From an uncultured Planctomycetota bacterium (lineage in GTDB: Bacteria > Planctomycetota > Planctomycetia > Isosphaerales > Isosphaeraceae), in NCBI GenBank assembly GCA_963737655.1, contig CAVTTN010000002.1:1440001-1504000 (forward strand): a stretch of 64,000 nucleotides of DNA, in the 5' to 3' direction. The position numbers and the translations under genes are program-made. Every line of letters begins with the position of its first letter. Within the stretch, counting starts at the first letter, position 1. Shown here in pieces: positions 9,123 through 18,311 of the stretch. Below the pieces are notes generated by a model. That model was not told the origin of the DNA. It did no database searches and saw only the letters and a program-made list of their open reading frames with translations.

Positions 9123-12100
9123 TCAATCCTCGTTCTTGTCGGCCACGGCGCCGCCCTGCGGCGGGAGCTGCTTGAGGAGCTCCTGGACGGCCACCTCGAC
9201 TTGCCTGTCCTTGCCGGCGAGGTTGTCCTCGGGGGAGTTCTCCACGAAGATGTCGGGCTTGACCCCGGTGTTCTCCATGTTCGTGTGGTTCGGGTCGGCC
9301 AGGAACACGCCGACTCCCGGCGTGCGGACCGTCGAGCCGTCGATCAGGCTATAGCTGCCGGTGCCGATCACGGCGCCCATCGTCGGGGTGCCGATGACCT
9401 TGCCCAGGCCGAGCGCCCGGAAGCCGGCGGGGAACATCTCGGCGTTGCTGGCGCTCCTCCAGTTCTGGAGGACCACTTTTGGCCCGAAGTACCCGGCGAA
9501 GGGGCGCTGGGTCGGCTCGGAGCCCCGGGGCTGCCAGAACTGGTAGGGCTTCTGGACGAGGATGGCGAGCAATTCCTGCTCGATGTTGCCCCCGCCGTTG
9601 AACCGCTGGTCGATGATCAGGGCTTCCTTCAGGCGGTTCTCGCCCAGGTCGCGGCGGAACCGGGCGAGCGAGGGCTGGTCCATCGCCTTGATGTGGAGGT
9701 AGCCGACCCGCCCGCCGGAGAGCTTCTCGACCATCGCCCGGCGGTCCTTGACCCACTTCTCGTAGACGAGCGTGGAGTAGGCCCCGTTGGAGATCGGCTC
9801 GATCTTGAGCTTCCACGAGCCCTCGGTGCCGGGCTTGTCGTTGATCGTGAGCTCGACCTTGCGGTTCAGGCGGCGGTTCATGAGGTCGAAATAGTCGTCG
9901 CCGGCCTTCAGGGGCTTGCCGTTGAAGGCGACGACGTAGTTGCCGGAGGCGAGCTTGATCCAGTCCTTGTCGGCCGGCCCCTCTTCGTAGATATGTCCGA
10001 CCTTGTAGAGCTTGGACTCGGCGTCGGGGACGAGCTCGAAGCCGAGGTGGCCGGTCTGGACGCCCGGCGAGTCGTCCGAGCCGGCCCGCCGGCCGCCCCC
10101 GGCGGAGGCCCCGGTGTGCGAGGCGTTCAGCTCGCCGATCATCTCGTTGATGATGTTGATCAGCTCCTCGCGGTCGCCGACGAACTCGACCAGGGGCTTG
10201 TACTTGGCCCGGGCGGCGTCCCAGTCCATGTTGTGCATCTTGGGGTCGTAGAAGCGGAACTTCATGGTCCGCCAGGCGTCGTCGAACATCTCCTCCCACT
10301 CGGCGGGATGGTCGATCTTGACCTTGGCGGTGAAGGAGATCTTGCGACCGCCCCCGCCTCCGCCGGTGCCCCCGGCCGCGGCCATCATCGCGGCGATCCC
10401 GCCGGCGCCTCGGCCTCCTCCGCCTCCTCCGCCGGTCGCCGCGGCGCCGCCGCCGCCCCCGCCGCCTCCTCCGATGGAGGCCGTGAAGACGCCGTCACCT
10501 TCCTGGTAGAAGACGGTCCGGCCGTCCCGGGCGATCTTGATGTTGGAGATCCCCCCGCCGCCGAAGCCCCCTCCGCGACGGCCTCGCGGGGCGCCGGTGG
10601 TCTCGGTCGGCGTCGCGGTGCTCGGCCCGGCGATCCGGGTCATCCTCTTGCCGTCGTCCTGGATCGAGTAGAGGCCCGCGCCTCCCCCGGCGCCCGCGCC
10701 GGCTCCTCCGCCGGGGCCGCCCGCCCCCGCGCCGCCCTCGGAGCCGGAGAAGACGATGGTGCGGGAGTCATAGGCGGGCGTGAAGGTGCCGACCGTCGCC
10801 CCGCTGGTCACGCGGACGGTCCGCCGCTTCAGCCCGGCCCAGTCGATCTTGACCTCCTTGGGAGCGGCCGGGGCCGGCGGGGCGGCGTCCGGGTTCATCC
10901 CGGGGAAGCCCATGCCGCCCATCCCGCCTCGGCCGGTCGTCGCGGCCGGGGTCGCTTCGGTCGGGTCCTTGTCCTGCTTCTCCAGGTAGATCACGAACAG
11001 GGACGAGCCGCCGCCACGGCCGCCGAAGCCGCCCCCGCCGCTCTCGGGGTTGAACTCGCTGCGGACGAAGTACACCTTCTTGCCGTCGGCCGAGAACTTC
11101 GGCGATCGCTCGCTCTCGGGCTCGAACGTGAGCTTCTTCTCCTCGCCGCCGGTCGAGGGGATCATGTACACGTCGCTGGACATCGTCGCGTCGGGCTTCG
11201 AGTACACGAACCACTTGCCGTCGGGCGACCAGGCGAACCCGCCGAGGGAGCCGTGCTTGGACGCGACGACTTCCTTCAGCTCGCCGCCGTCGGCGTTGAC
11301 CGTCAGGAGCTGGCCGTCGAGCGTCGCGAAGGCGATCTTCTTCGAGTCCGGCGACCAGGAGAACGACGGCTTCAGGCTATCGTGGTCGGTCACCTTCTTC
11401 GGGTCGCCGGCGCCGTCGGCCGGGACGGTGTAGATCTCCTCGCGGCCGGTGCGATCGGAGACGAAGGCGATCAGCTTGCCGTCGGGCGAATACTCGATGT
11501 TGTAATCCTTGCTCGCGCCCTCGGTGACCTGGACGAGATCGCCCTCGTCCACCGGGGCCGTGAACACCTCGCCGTGGACCGCGAAGGCGATCCTCTTGCC
11601 GTTGGGGGCGGCGTCGAAGTCATCGACCTCGGAGTTGAACTCGCGGTACTCGGTGAGGTTCTCCTGGGTCTCGGCGGCGATCTCCAGCTTGATCGGCTCG
11701 ACCTTCCGGGAGGCCACGTCGAGCTTCCAGAGGCCGAAATCGTGCTCGAAGACCACGGTCTTGCCGTCGGCGCTCATCCCGGGGAAGCGGACGTCGCCGG
11801 CCTCGAACGTGGTGACCTTCTCCGCCGGGCCGCCGCTCTCGGGGACCCGCCAGATGTTCGTCAGGCCCTTGCCGTCGCGGTCCGAGACGAAGTAGACGAA
11901 GCCGTCCGGGCTCCACATCGGCCAGGAGTCCAGGCCGTCGAAGTCGGTCAGGTCCTTGAATGTCCTGGTGCCGAGGTCCATCACGGTGACGTCGCTCTGG
12001 TACGCCCCGCGATAGTACTTCCGCCAGTAGGACTGGGCCTTGCGGTTGATGGCCAGCTTCTGGCCGTCGGGCGAGTACGAGCCGTCCACGCCCATGTCGG

Positions 12101-12548
12101 GGCCGGCGTCCTTGGGCAGGCCGCCGTCGACCGACACGGTGTAGAGCTTCGGCATGAACCCTTCGCCTCGCTGGCTGACGAAGAGGACGCTCTTGCCGTC
12201 GGGCGACCAGCCGACGACCTTGTCGTCGGCCGAGTGGGTGGTCAGGGCCTTGACCGAGCCGCCCTCGGCGGGGATCAGGTAGACGTCCATGTTCCCCTCG
12301 CGATTGGAGGAGAACGCGATGGTCTTGCCGTCGGGCGAGAACCGGGGATAGACGTCGCGGGCCTTGTGGGCGGTGAGCCTCTGGATGCCCTTGCCGTCCT
12401 CGGAGGCGGTCCAGATGTCGCCGAGGTAGCAGAACGCGACCTTCCCATGCGAATAATGCGGATACCGGACCAGCTTCGCCTCGCGGGCCGAGGCGAGCCC
12501 CGCCGCGCCGAGGGTCAAGGCGAGGGCGAGCGTGGAGGCTCTCTTCAT
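9123..12548 (-). CDS. Tricorn-like S41 protease (PD40 propellers, PDZ, S41 domain), secreted
   Basis: Signal peptide; repeated FSPDGK/WSPDG; GELNASH; VGYLHI; IIDQRFNGGG; SASNAEMF; GKVIGTPTMG; ENTGVKPDI. Confidence 0.93.
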   Translation of the reverse strand: MKRASTLALALTLGAAGLASAREAKLVRYPHYSHGKVAFCYLGDIWTASEDGKGIQRLTAHKARDVYPRFSPDGKTIAFSSNREGNMDVYLIPAEGGSVKALTTHSADDKVVGWSPDGKSVLFVSQRGEGFMPKLYTVSVDGGLPKDAGPDMGVDGSYSPDGQKLAINRKAQSYWRKYYRGAYQSDVTVMDLGTRTFKDLTDFDGLDSWPMWSPDGFVYFVSDRDGKGLTNIWRVPESGGPAEKVTTFEAGDVRFPGMSADGKTVVFEHDFGLWKLDVASRKVEPIKLEIAAETQENLTEYREFNSEVDDFDAAPNGKRIAFAVHGEVFTAPVDEGDLVQVTEGASKDYNIEYSPDGKLIAFVSDRTGREEIYTVPADGAGDPKKVTDHDSLKPSFSWSPDSKKIAFATLDGQLLTVNADGGELKEVVASKHGSLGGFAWSPDGKWFVYSKPDATMSSDVYMIPSTGGEEKKLTFEPESERSPKFSADGKKVYFVRSEFNPESGGGGFGGRGGGSSLFVIYLEKQDKDPTEATPAATTGRGGMGGMGFPGMNPDAAPPAPAAPKEVKIDWAGLKRRTVRVTSGATVGTFTPAYDSRTIVFSGSEGGAGAGGPGGGAGAGAGGGAGLYSIQDDGKRMTRIAGPSTATPTETTGAPRGRRGGGFGGGGISNIKIARDGRTVFYQEGDGVFTASIGGGGGGGGGAAATGGGGGGGRGAGGIAAMMAAAGGTGGGGGGRKISFTAKVKIDHPAEWEEMFDDAWRTMKFRFYDPKMHNMDWDAARAKYKPLVEFVGDREELINIINEMIGELNASHTGASAGGGRRAGSDDSPGVQTGHLGFELVPDAESKLYKVGHIYEEGPADKDWIKLASGNYVVAFNGKPLKAGDDYFDLMNRRLNRKVELTINDKPGTEGSWKLKIEPISNGAYSTLVYEKWVKDRRAMVEKLSGGRVGYLHIKAMDQPSLARFRRDLGENRLKEALIIDQRFNGGGNIEQELLAILVQKPYQFWQPRGSEPTQRPFAGYFGPKVVLQNWRSASNAEMFPAGFRALGLGKVIGTPTMGAVIGTGSYSLIDGSTVRTPGVGVFLADPNHTNMENTGVKPDIFVENSPEDNLAGKDRQVEVAVQELLKQLPPQGGAVADKNED

Positions 12549-12787
12549 GATGTTCGTCCTGAGGTGGAGCATCGAGACGTCGAGGGCCGTCGGCGAGGGG
12601 TCCAATCACGGAAGGGAGAGGCCGGACCCGGCACGCTCATCGTGCCAGGGCGCGGAGGGACCACCCGGCGGGCGCGTCGCCTATTATGAGCGTCCTTCGT
12701 GCCCGATCGGCCCGAAATTCTTCCCGATTTTCCCGATTTTTCGCCAACGGAACCGGGCGGAGCGGAGTAGGCCCCGCGCCGATTGAC

Positions 12788-13189
12788 CTATGGGAAGAGT
12801 TCGAGCCTCGCCCACTGACGCCGAGCCGAGCGCTGGGCTTCGCGGTTCATCCCGAGACGGGCCACCGTCGCGCGGCCGACGGCCGTCCGGCCCACGATCG
12901 TCCCGTCCTCGACCTCGGCCCGAAAATGATCGTCCCAGGCGTCTTCCCTCGGTTGGAAGAGGCGGACTTCCTCCCCGCTCTCGGGGTCAATTCCGCTCAA
13001 AAATGCGGACTTGAGCACATTGCACGAGCGACAGGACAGGGCCCAGTTCTCGGCGACGTCGGCCCCTCCGCGACGAGGGGGGACGATGTGCTCGACCTCG
13101 AACGGGAAGTTGAAGAGGACTTCCGGGGCCCGGCAATACTCGCACCGATGCCCCGCCCGCGCCGCCACCGCCGCGTATCGGGGATTCAT
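12788..13189 (-). CDS. HNH endonuclease
   Basis: RAGHRCEYC...FEVEHIVP..RGG....NWALSCRSCN..K; LFQPR...W..HF. Confidence 0.9.
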   Translation of the reverse strand: MNPRYAAVAARAGHRCEYCRAPEVLFNFPFEVEHIVPPRRGGADVAENWALSCRSCNVLKSAFLSGIDPESGEEVRLFQPREDAWDDHFRAEVEDGTIVGRTAVGRATVARLGMNREAQRSARRQWARLELFP

Positions 13190-13548
13190 CGCCCCACTTC
13201 GTCGGCCAGGGCGGAGGCCCGGGCCGTCGCGGCGAGGGTCTCGGCCTCGATCAGCGACTCCAGCTCGTCCTGCTCCTGCCGAGGAAATTCCGTCCCCGAG
13301 TCCCGGGCGTCCCGCCATCGGCCCATCAGGTCGGCCAGCCGACGCTGGGCCTCGGCGTCGAAGAAGCGATCAGGCCGGAGGCCCTGGACGACGACCATCG
13401 TGCCCCTCGACGGTTCGGGCAACAGCGCGGTCAGGGCGTCGAGCGCCTCTCCGGCCGTCCGACCCAGCGATTGACGGTCGCCCGAGACGGCCCGGTACGA
13501 CACGACCCCGCCGTCCATCTCCACGGGCAGGATCGCCACCCTCGTCAT
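13186..13548 (-). CDS. Small protein with HicB-like N-terminus, ATGA-coupled to HNH gene
   Basis: YRAVSGDRQSLGRTAGEALDAL resembles the HicB G-x-T-x-x-E-A motif; helical C-terminus. Confidence 0.65.
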   Translation of the reverse strand: MTRVAILPVEMDGGVVSYRAVSGDRQSLGRTAGEALDALTALLPEPSRGTMVVVQGLRPDRFFDAEAQRRLADLMGRWRDARDSGTEFPRQEQDELESLIEAETLAATARASALADEVGR

Positions 13549-13734
13549 CGCGCCCGCCCCCGCGTCCTTTTGGCCCTCTCGGACCCTTTCAGCCTATCGA
13601 CCGTCGGAAGATCGGGCAAGAGACGGCCCCGAACCGCCGTTGACGCCCCCGGCGAGAACGAATAAATTCCCACTCGCCGCCGGAGGCCCTCGCCCTCGGC
13701 GCCTTTGCGGCCTTCACGGAGGAGCGCCCCGACG

Positions 13735-14883
13735 ATGCCTCGAATCGCCGTCCGATGGGTTCATGCGACCACGTTCTTGATCTTGATCGGCCTCGGCGGC
13801 TCGCGGGCCGACGCCGGGGCGCTGTATTCGATCACCGACCTCGGCGCCGGCGCCACGCCGACCGGGATCAGCAACGCCGGGCAGGTCGCCTACGGAGGCG
13901 CCCCCGGCTCCTACAGCACCGGCCAGGGCAGCTCCATCAGCCCGGGAGGCACCGTCGCCTACACGAACTTGAATTTCCCGGGCCTCGCCCACGTGATCCG
14001 GAACGGCCAGGACGTCAGCGCGGGCGCCGTCCCCTATTCCGGCAACACCTACGGATATTCTCACAGCAGCGCCCGCGCCGTGAACGATTCCGGCGTGGTC
14101 GTCGGCGAATCCCACTCGAACGAGCGGTTCGAGCAGGCGTTCATCTCGACCCCGGGGCCCAACGGCACCTATCAGCCCGTCTCGCTCGGCTCCAACGGAG
14201 GGACCGTGAGCGCCGCCACCGGCATCAACAACGCCGGGACCGCCATCGGCTGGACCGACGTCCCCGGCCAGTGGAAGAATCACGCCTTCGTCGGCACCTC
14301 TTCCAACGACATCGGCACCCTCGGCGGCCAGAACAGCGCCGCCACGGCCATCAACGACAAGGGCCAGGTCGTCGGCTGGTCGAACATCGCCACCGACTGG
14401 ACCCCGCCCACCAACCCGCAAAGCTACTACACGCCCCAGCCCACCCACGCCTTCCTCTACCAGAACGGCAAGATGATCGACCTCGGCACGCTCCCGGGCT
14501 ACGCCGACAGCGCCGCGACGGCCATCAACGCCTCCGGCCTGATCGTCGGCCACGTCAGCAACACCCAGGACGCGATCTACACCGGCAGCTATTCGATGTT
14601 CTCCTCGCCGGTCCACGCCGCGCTGTTCGACCCGCAGACCGGCCCGGTGGACCTCAACGGCTTGCTCCCGCCGAACTCCGGCTGGGTCCTGCAGGACGCC
14701 ACCGGGATCAACGCCTCGGGCCAGATCGTCGGCTGGGGGACGTACAACGGCCAGGAGGAGGCCTTCCTGCTGAACCCCGGCTCCGGCAGCCCGCAGGCCG
14801 TGCCCGAGCCGACCACGCTGGCTCTCTTCGGCCTCGCCCTGGCCGCGACGGCGATCCGCCGGGGCCGTCGCCGAGCGGGATGA
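13735..14883 (+). CDS. PEP-CTERM protein with HAF extracellular repeats
   Basis: YSITDLG, repeated SAATGINN.G / HAF / IGTLGG; ends VPEPTTLALFGLALAATAIRRGRRR. Confidence 0.92.
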   Translation: MPRIAVRWVHATTFLILIGLGGSRADAGALYSITDLGAGATPTGISNAGQVAYGGAPGSYSTGQGSSISPGGTVAYTNLNFPGLAHVIRNGQDVSAGAVPYSGNTYGYSHSSARAVNDSGVVVGESHSNERFEQAFISTPGPNGTYQPVSLGSNGGTVSAATGINNAGTAIGWTDVPGQWKNHAFVGTSSNDIGTLGGQNSAATAINDKGQVVGWSNIATDWTPPTNPQSYYTPQPTHAFLYQNGKMIDLGTLPGYADSAATAINASGLIVGHVSNTQDAIYTGSYSMFSSPVHAALFDPQTGPVDLNGLLPPNSGWVLQDATGINASGQIVGWGTYNGQEEAFLLNPGSGSPQAVPEPTTLALFGLALAATAIRRGRRRAG

Positions 14884-14886
14884 TTC

Positions 14887-15783
14887 TCATCCGTATCGTT
14901 CCATGACCTCACATAACCGGATATGGAATGGGCCGAGCTTCCCGCCGTAATTCCCGGCCGTGATCCGCACGATCCCCGGCCGGCATCCGGCGAGAATCCC
15001 GGCGGCCGTCGCCCTTTCGACGCTCTCGAGCGTCAGGCCGTCGATCACGATTTCATACGCGCACTCGACCTCGGGCGGGAGCAGGGTCTCGACCAACCCG
15101 CGCAACGTCGGCGCGAACGCGGTGTTGGTGCTGGCGCAGAGCGCCTTGTACTTGCTCCCGACTTTCGAGCCCGATCGAGCGATCCCGCCCGGAAACGGCA
15201 GGATCACGTCGGGGACGGCCCTCATGGCCTCGGCCGCCGCCTCGGCCGCGTCGAGCGCCGCCCCGGGAGACGTCCCGAGCAGGATGATGTTGCCGCCGGC
15301 CACGCCCTTGGTCGTGCCGAACGTCTCCTCGCATGTAAATTCGCCGTCCATCACGGGGACCCGCCAGTACCGCCGCCCTTCGAGCGTCTTGCTCTTCTGC
15401 CAGCCGTCGCCGAAATAGCGCAACCGGCCGCCGACGACGATGGTCTTCTCCCCCGGGGGAATCCCATTATAGCATGCCGAAGTGGGACACGTCATCACGC
15501 ACTGGCCCACGCGGTTCGCCAGCGCCTTTTCCAGGGCGTCGCGGCTGAAGGCGAACAGCAAGACGCTCACGCCGGGCCGGCCGTCGGGCGTCTCGTCGGG
15601 ACTCAGGACCCGCTCGATGGCGGCCTCGGCGTCGCAGGCGATCACGCTCGTGCCATAGCCCGTCATCGTCCTCGCGGCGATCTCGGCCCACTTCGCCGAT
15701 TCGGCCGTGAGGATCGCCCGGGCCGCCGTCATCGGGAACGCCTCGGCGAACGTATCGGCGATCTCGACCCCACCGATCTCCAT
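14887..15783 (-). CDS. fhcD: Formylmethanofuran-tetrahydromethanopterin N-formyltransferase
   Basis: DTFAEAF, TSVIACDAEA, ETPDGRPG, RVGQCVMTCP, YFGDGWQ, GVAGGN, PFPGGIARSGSK, EIVIDG, AGNYGGKLGPF. Confidence 0.96.
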   Translation of the reverse strand: MEIGGVEIADTFAEAFPMTAARAILTAESAKWAEIAARTMTGYGTSVIACDAEAAIERVLSPDETPDGRPGVSVLLFAFSRDALEKALANRVGQCVMTCPTSACYNGIPPGEKTIVVGGRLRYFGDGWQKSKTLEGRRYWRVPVMDGEFTCEETFGTTKGVAGGNIILLGTSPGAALDAAEAAAEAMRAVPDVILPFPGGIARSGSKVGSKYKALCASTNTAFAPTLRGLVETLLPPEVECAYEIVIDGLTLESVERATAAGILAGCRPGIVRITAGNYGGKLGPFHIRLCEVMERYG

Positions 15784-15796
15784 TTGTGGCCCTCGG

Positions 15797-15858
15797 GCTG
15801 AGTGCTGAGTGCTGAGTGCTGAGTGCTGAGTGCTGAGTGCTGAGTGCTGAGTGCTGAG
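15797..15858. repeat. Heptamer tandem repeat (GCTGAGT) x8 plus partial
   Basis: Perfect array read directly; ends 13 bp upstream of the fhcD start codon. Confidence 0.97.
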
Positions 15859-15905
15859 AACGCTGGTCCGGGTTGTCCTCTCCGTCTCCTCGAATGCGGT
15901 TTTCG

Positions 15906-16026
15906 TTTGGGCGTGGCGGTTGACAATTCGTAGGGCGGGCCCTGGCCTGCCGAGACCGACGGCAGGCTAGGGCCTGTCCTACGAAGGGCGCCGAGGCCCG
16001 CTCGGAAGTCAACCGCCACGCCCAAA
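15906..16026. repeat. Nested palindromes: outer 19-bp inverted repeat enclosing a GTAG-type REP pair (family B, 15927-15985)
   Basis: tttgggcgtggcggttgac / gtcaaccgccacgcccaaa flank ttcgtagggcgggccctggcctgccg...cggcaggctagggcctgtcctacgaa. Confidence 0.88.
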
Positions 16027-16090
16027 TGAAAATCGCTCCAGTCCTCTCTGCTCCTCTCCTCTCCTCTTGGCGACCTTGGCGTCTTGGCGG

Positions 16091-17706
16091 TTAGTCCTCC
16101 TCGCTTACCGCGAAATTCGAAAATCGGATCGACGAAGACGTGTTGAACCATCGTTCGATGTCCGGGATCACCTCGCGGTCATACTCGGGAGACGAGCGGA
16201 GCAGGCTGCCCTCGGGCGCGGAGCGAGGGGAGCCGTCGTCGATCACGACCGTCCCGGATTTCAGGACGTATCGGGGCATCGAGAACATCCGCTCGATGTC
16301 CGGGTCGGGCGAATAGATCGTCACGTCGCCGTCGGCGCCCGGCCCGAGGTGCCCCTTGTTCGCCAGGCCGAGCATCCTCGCCGGCCCGGCCCTCGTGATG
16401 GTGGCGATCTCGGAAAGGCTGTATTCTCGCGAGATTTCCGCGAGCCCGACCGCGCGCGAACCTTCTCCGGCAGCGCCTTCAACGCCTCGTCGCGGCGGTT
16501 GCGATCCATCAAAAGCGCCATGATTTGCGGATAGGCCAGGAATGAGCCTCCGTTCGGATGATCGGTCGAGAGCGCGACCTTCCACGGGTCGTCCACGAGG
16601 AGGAACCACTCCAGGCCGATCGACCACTGGAGGGCGTGGACCAGGTTCTTGTCGTCGTACTCGATCGGCACCACGCCGCAGCCCGTCTCGTGCTCGATGT
16701 CCTGGCTGAACCACTTCCGGCCCGTGACCGAATGCAGGAATTGGCCGACGGCGCCGTCGGCCGTCATGCTCGTGGTCTCTCCGAACACCACCTGGCCCAC
16801 GTCCACCGTCATGCCTTCGTGAGAATTCAGGAAATCGGCCAGGATCGGCACCTGAGAATCGATCCGCCCGGGACGATCGGGCGTCCCCCCGTAGCTGTGG
16901 AACTGGATGTGGGCGAGATGGGCGCGGCGGCCGTCGAGGGCCTTCATCGTGTCGAGGGTCGTCGCGAAGTTCCCCGGGAGGCCCAGGTTCAGGCCGTGGA
17001 CGTGGACGGGATGGGGGATTTTCAGGTCATCCACCGTCTCGGCGAGCGACGTGAGGATCTGCCGGGGCGTCACGCCGAATCCTTCGATCACCTCATCCAG
17101 CGAGGAGACGTTGCCCCGTCCCTCCTTCCATCGCTCGATCCCGCCGGGGTTCACGACCTTCACGCCGAACCCGCGGGTCGCGTCCAGGAGCCAGGCCACG
17201 TAGGCGCGGAGCCGGTCGCGGTCCCCCTCGCGGACCCGGTCCATCACGTAATGGTTATTGCCCATCAGGACGAGAAATGCCTTGTCGATGCAAGGGGTGT
17301 CGCGCATCTCGTGGAGGGCGTGGCGCGCGCCCATCGGGGCGATGGCGGCGTCGAGGGCCGTCGTGTAGCCGAGCCCGGCGTACCTGTAGCCGGTGGCGAA
17401 CGTCGTCGGCACGCTCCCGCAGACGCCCGACCGGCGATCGCCGTCGCGGGGCAGGGGGCCTCCCCGGTCCTCGGGCCTCATCGCCCGGGCGGCGTTGACC
17501 TTGGATCCGGCGATGTGGCAATGAACATCCACGCCGCCCGGCATGACCACATAGCCTCGCGCATCGATCGTCCGATCGGCTCGCGCCCCGGGATCGGCGG
17601 GCGGCCCGATCACCCGACCGGCCTCGATCCAGACGTCGCGGACCTCGTCCACCCCGTGGGCCGGGTCCACCACGCGCCCCCCGGCGATCTTCACGAGCCC
17701 GCTCAT
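16091..17706 (-). CDS. fhcA: Formyltransferase/hydrolase complex subunit A (FwdA-like amidohydrolase), frameshifted near 16446
   Basis: MPGGVDVHCHIAG, GVKVVNPGG, HVHGLNLG, HLAHIQFHSY, STDHPNGG; C-terminus EYSLSEIATITRAGPARMLGL..KGHLGPGADGD in adjacent frame. Confidence 0.93.
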
Positions 17707-18311
17707 GGGCCGATCACCCCGGCCAGGGCCGGTGCGAAGCCCGGGAGGCGCGGCGACGTGTACGTGTCCGCCGGGCCGAGGACGCCCTCGGTATAGCCGT
17801 CGGGGCCGAGCGTCAAGACGGTCACCTTCGCCTCGAATCGATCGACGATCACGTACTCGGGAATGCCGAGCCTCTGATATTCGGCCCTCTTGTCGACATG
17901 GTCTCGCCGATGCGATCGCGCCCCGGGACCGACGAACTCGAAGACGAGGTCGGGGACACGATCGGGCGTCTTCGCCCCCGGGGCCTCCGGGACGAGGTAC
18001 ACGGCGATGTCCGGGAGGCGATCGGTCTCGCCGCCCACGCGGACCCAGCCGCCGGATCGGACCTTCTGGACCAGATCGGGGCGGGCGAATCTTTTATACA
18101 CGATCAATTCATCGCGCCAGAAATCGGACAGGTCGGCATGTTCTTCCCCTTCCGGCGACATGGCCACCACCCCCCCCTCGACCCTCTCGAACCGCCAGCC
18201 CGGCGCGAATTCCGCGCCGGCGAATTCCTCGGCCGAGAGGGATCGCCCTTCATCCTCGGGGCCGAGGACCGACCCAGGCTCGACGATCGCTTCAGGCATA
18301 GTCATGTTCAC
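17703..18311 (-). CDS. Uma2 (DUF820) family endonuclease
   Basis: FERVEG..VAMSP...H, RLPDIAV, PDLVFE, DHVDKRAEY..LGIPEYVIVD, SPRLPGF; overlaps fhcB stop and fhcA start. Confidence 0.9.
   Translation of the reverse strand: MNMTMPEAIVEPGSVLGPEDEGRSLSAEEFAGAEFAPGWRFERVEGGVVAMSPEGEEHADLSDFWRDELIVYKRFARPDLVQKVRSGGWVRVGGETDRLPDIAVYLVPEAPGAKTPDRVPDLVFEFVGPGARSHRRDHVDKRAEYQRLGIPEYVIVDRFEAKVTVLTLGPDGYTEGVLGPADTYTSPRLPGFAPALAGVIGP

Noticed and set aside
8961..12689. 1242-aa plus-strand ORF
   Set aside because: Antisense shadow of the tricorn protease in high-GC DNA; no motifs.
15797..15858. CRISPR array
   Set aside because: Spacerless 7-bp tandem repeat; no repeat-spacer arrays or cas genes seen in the window.
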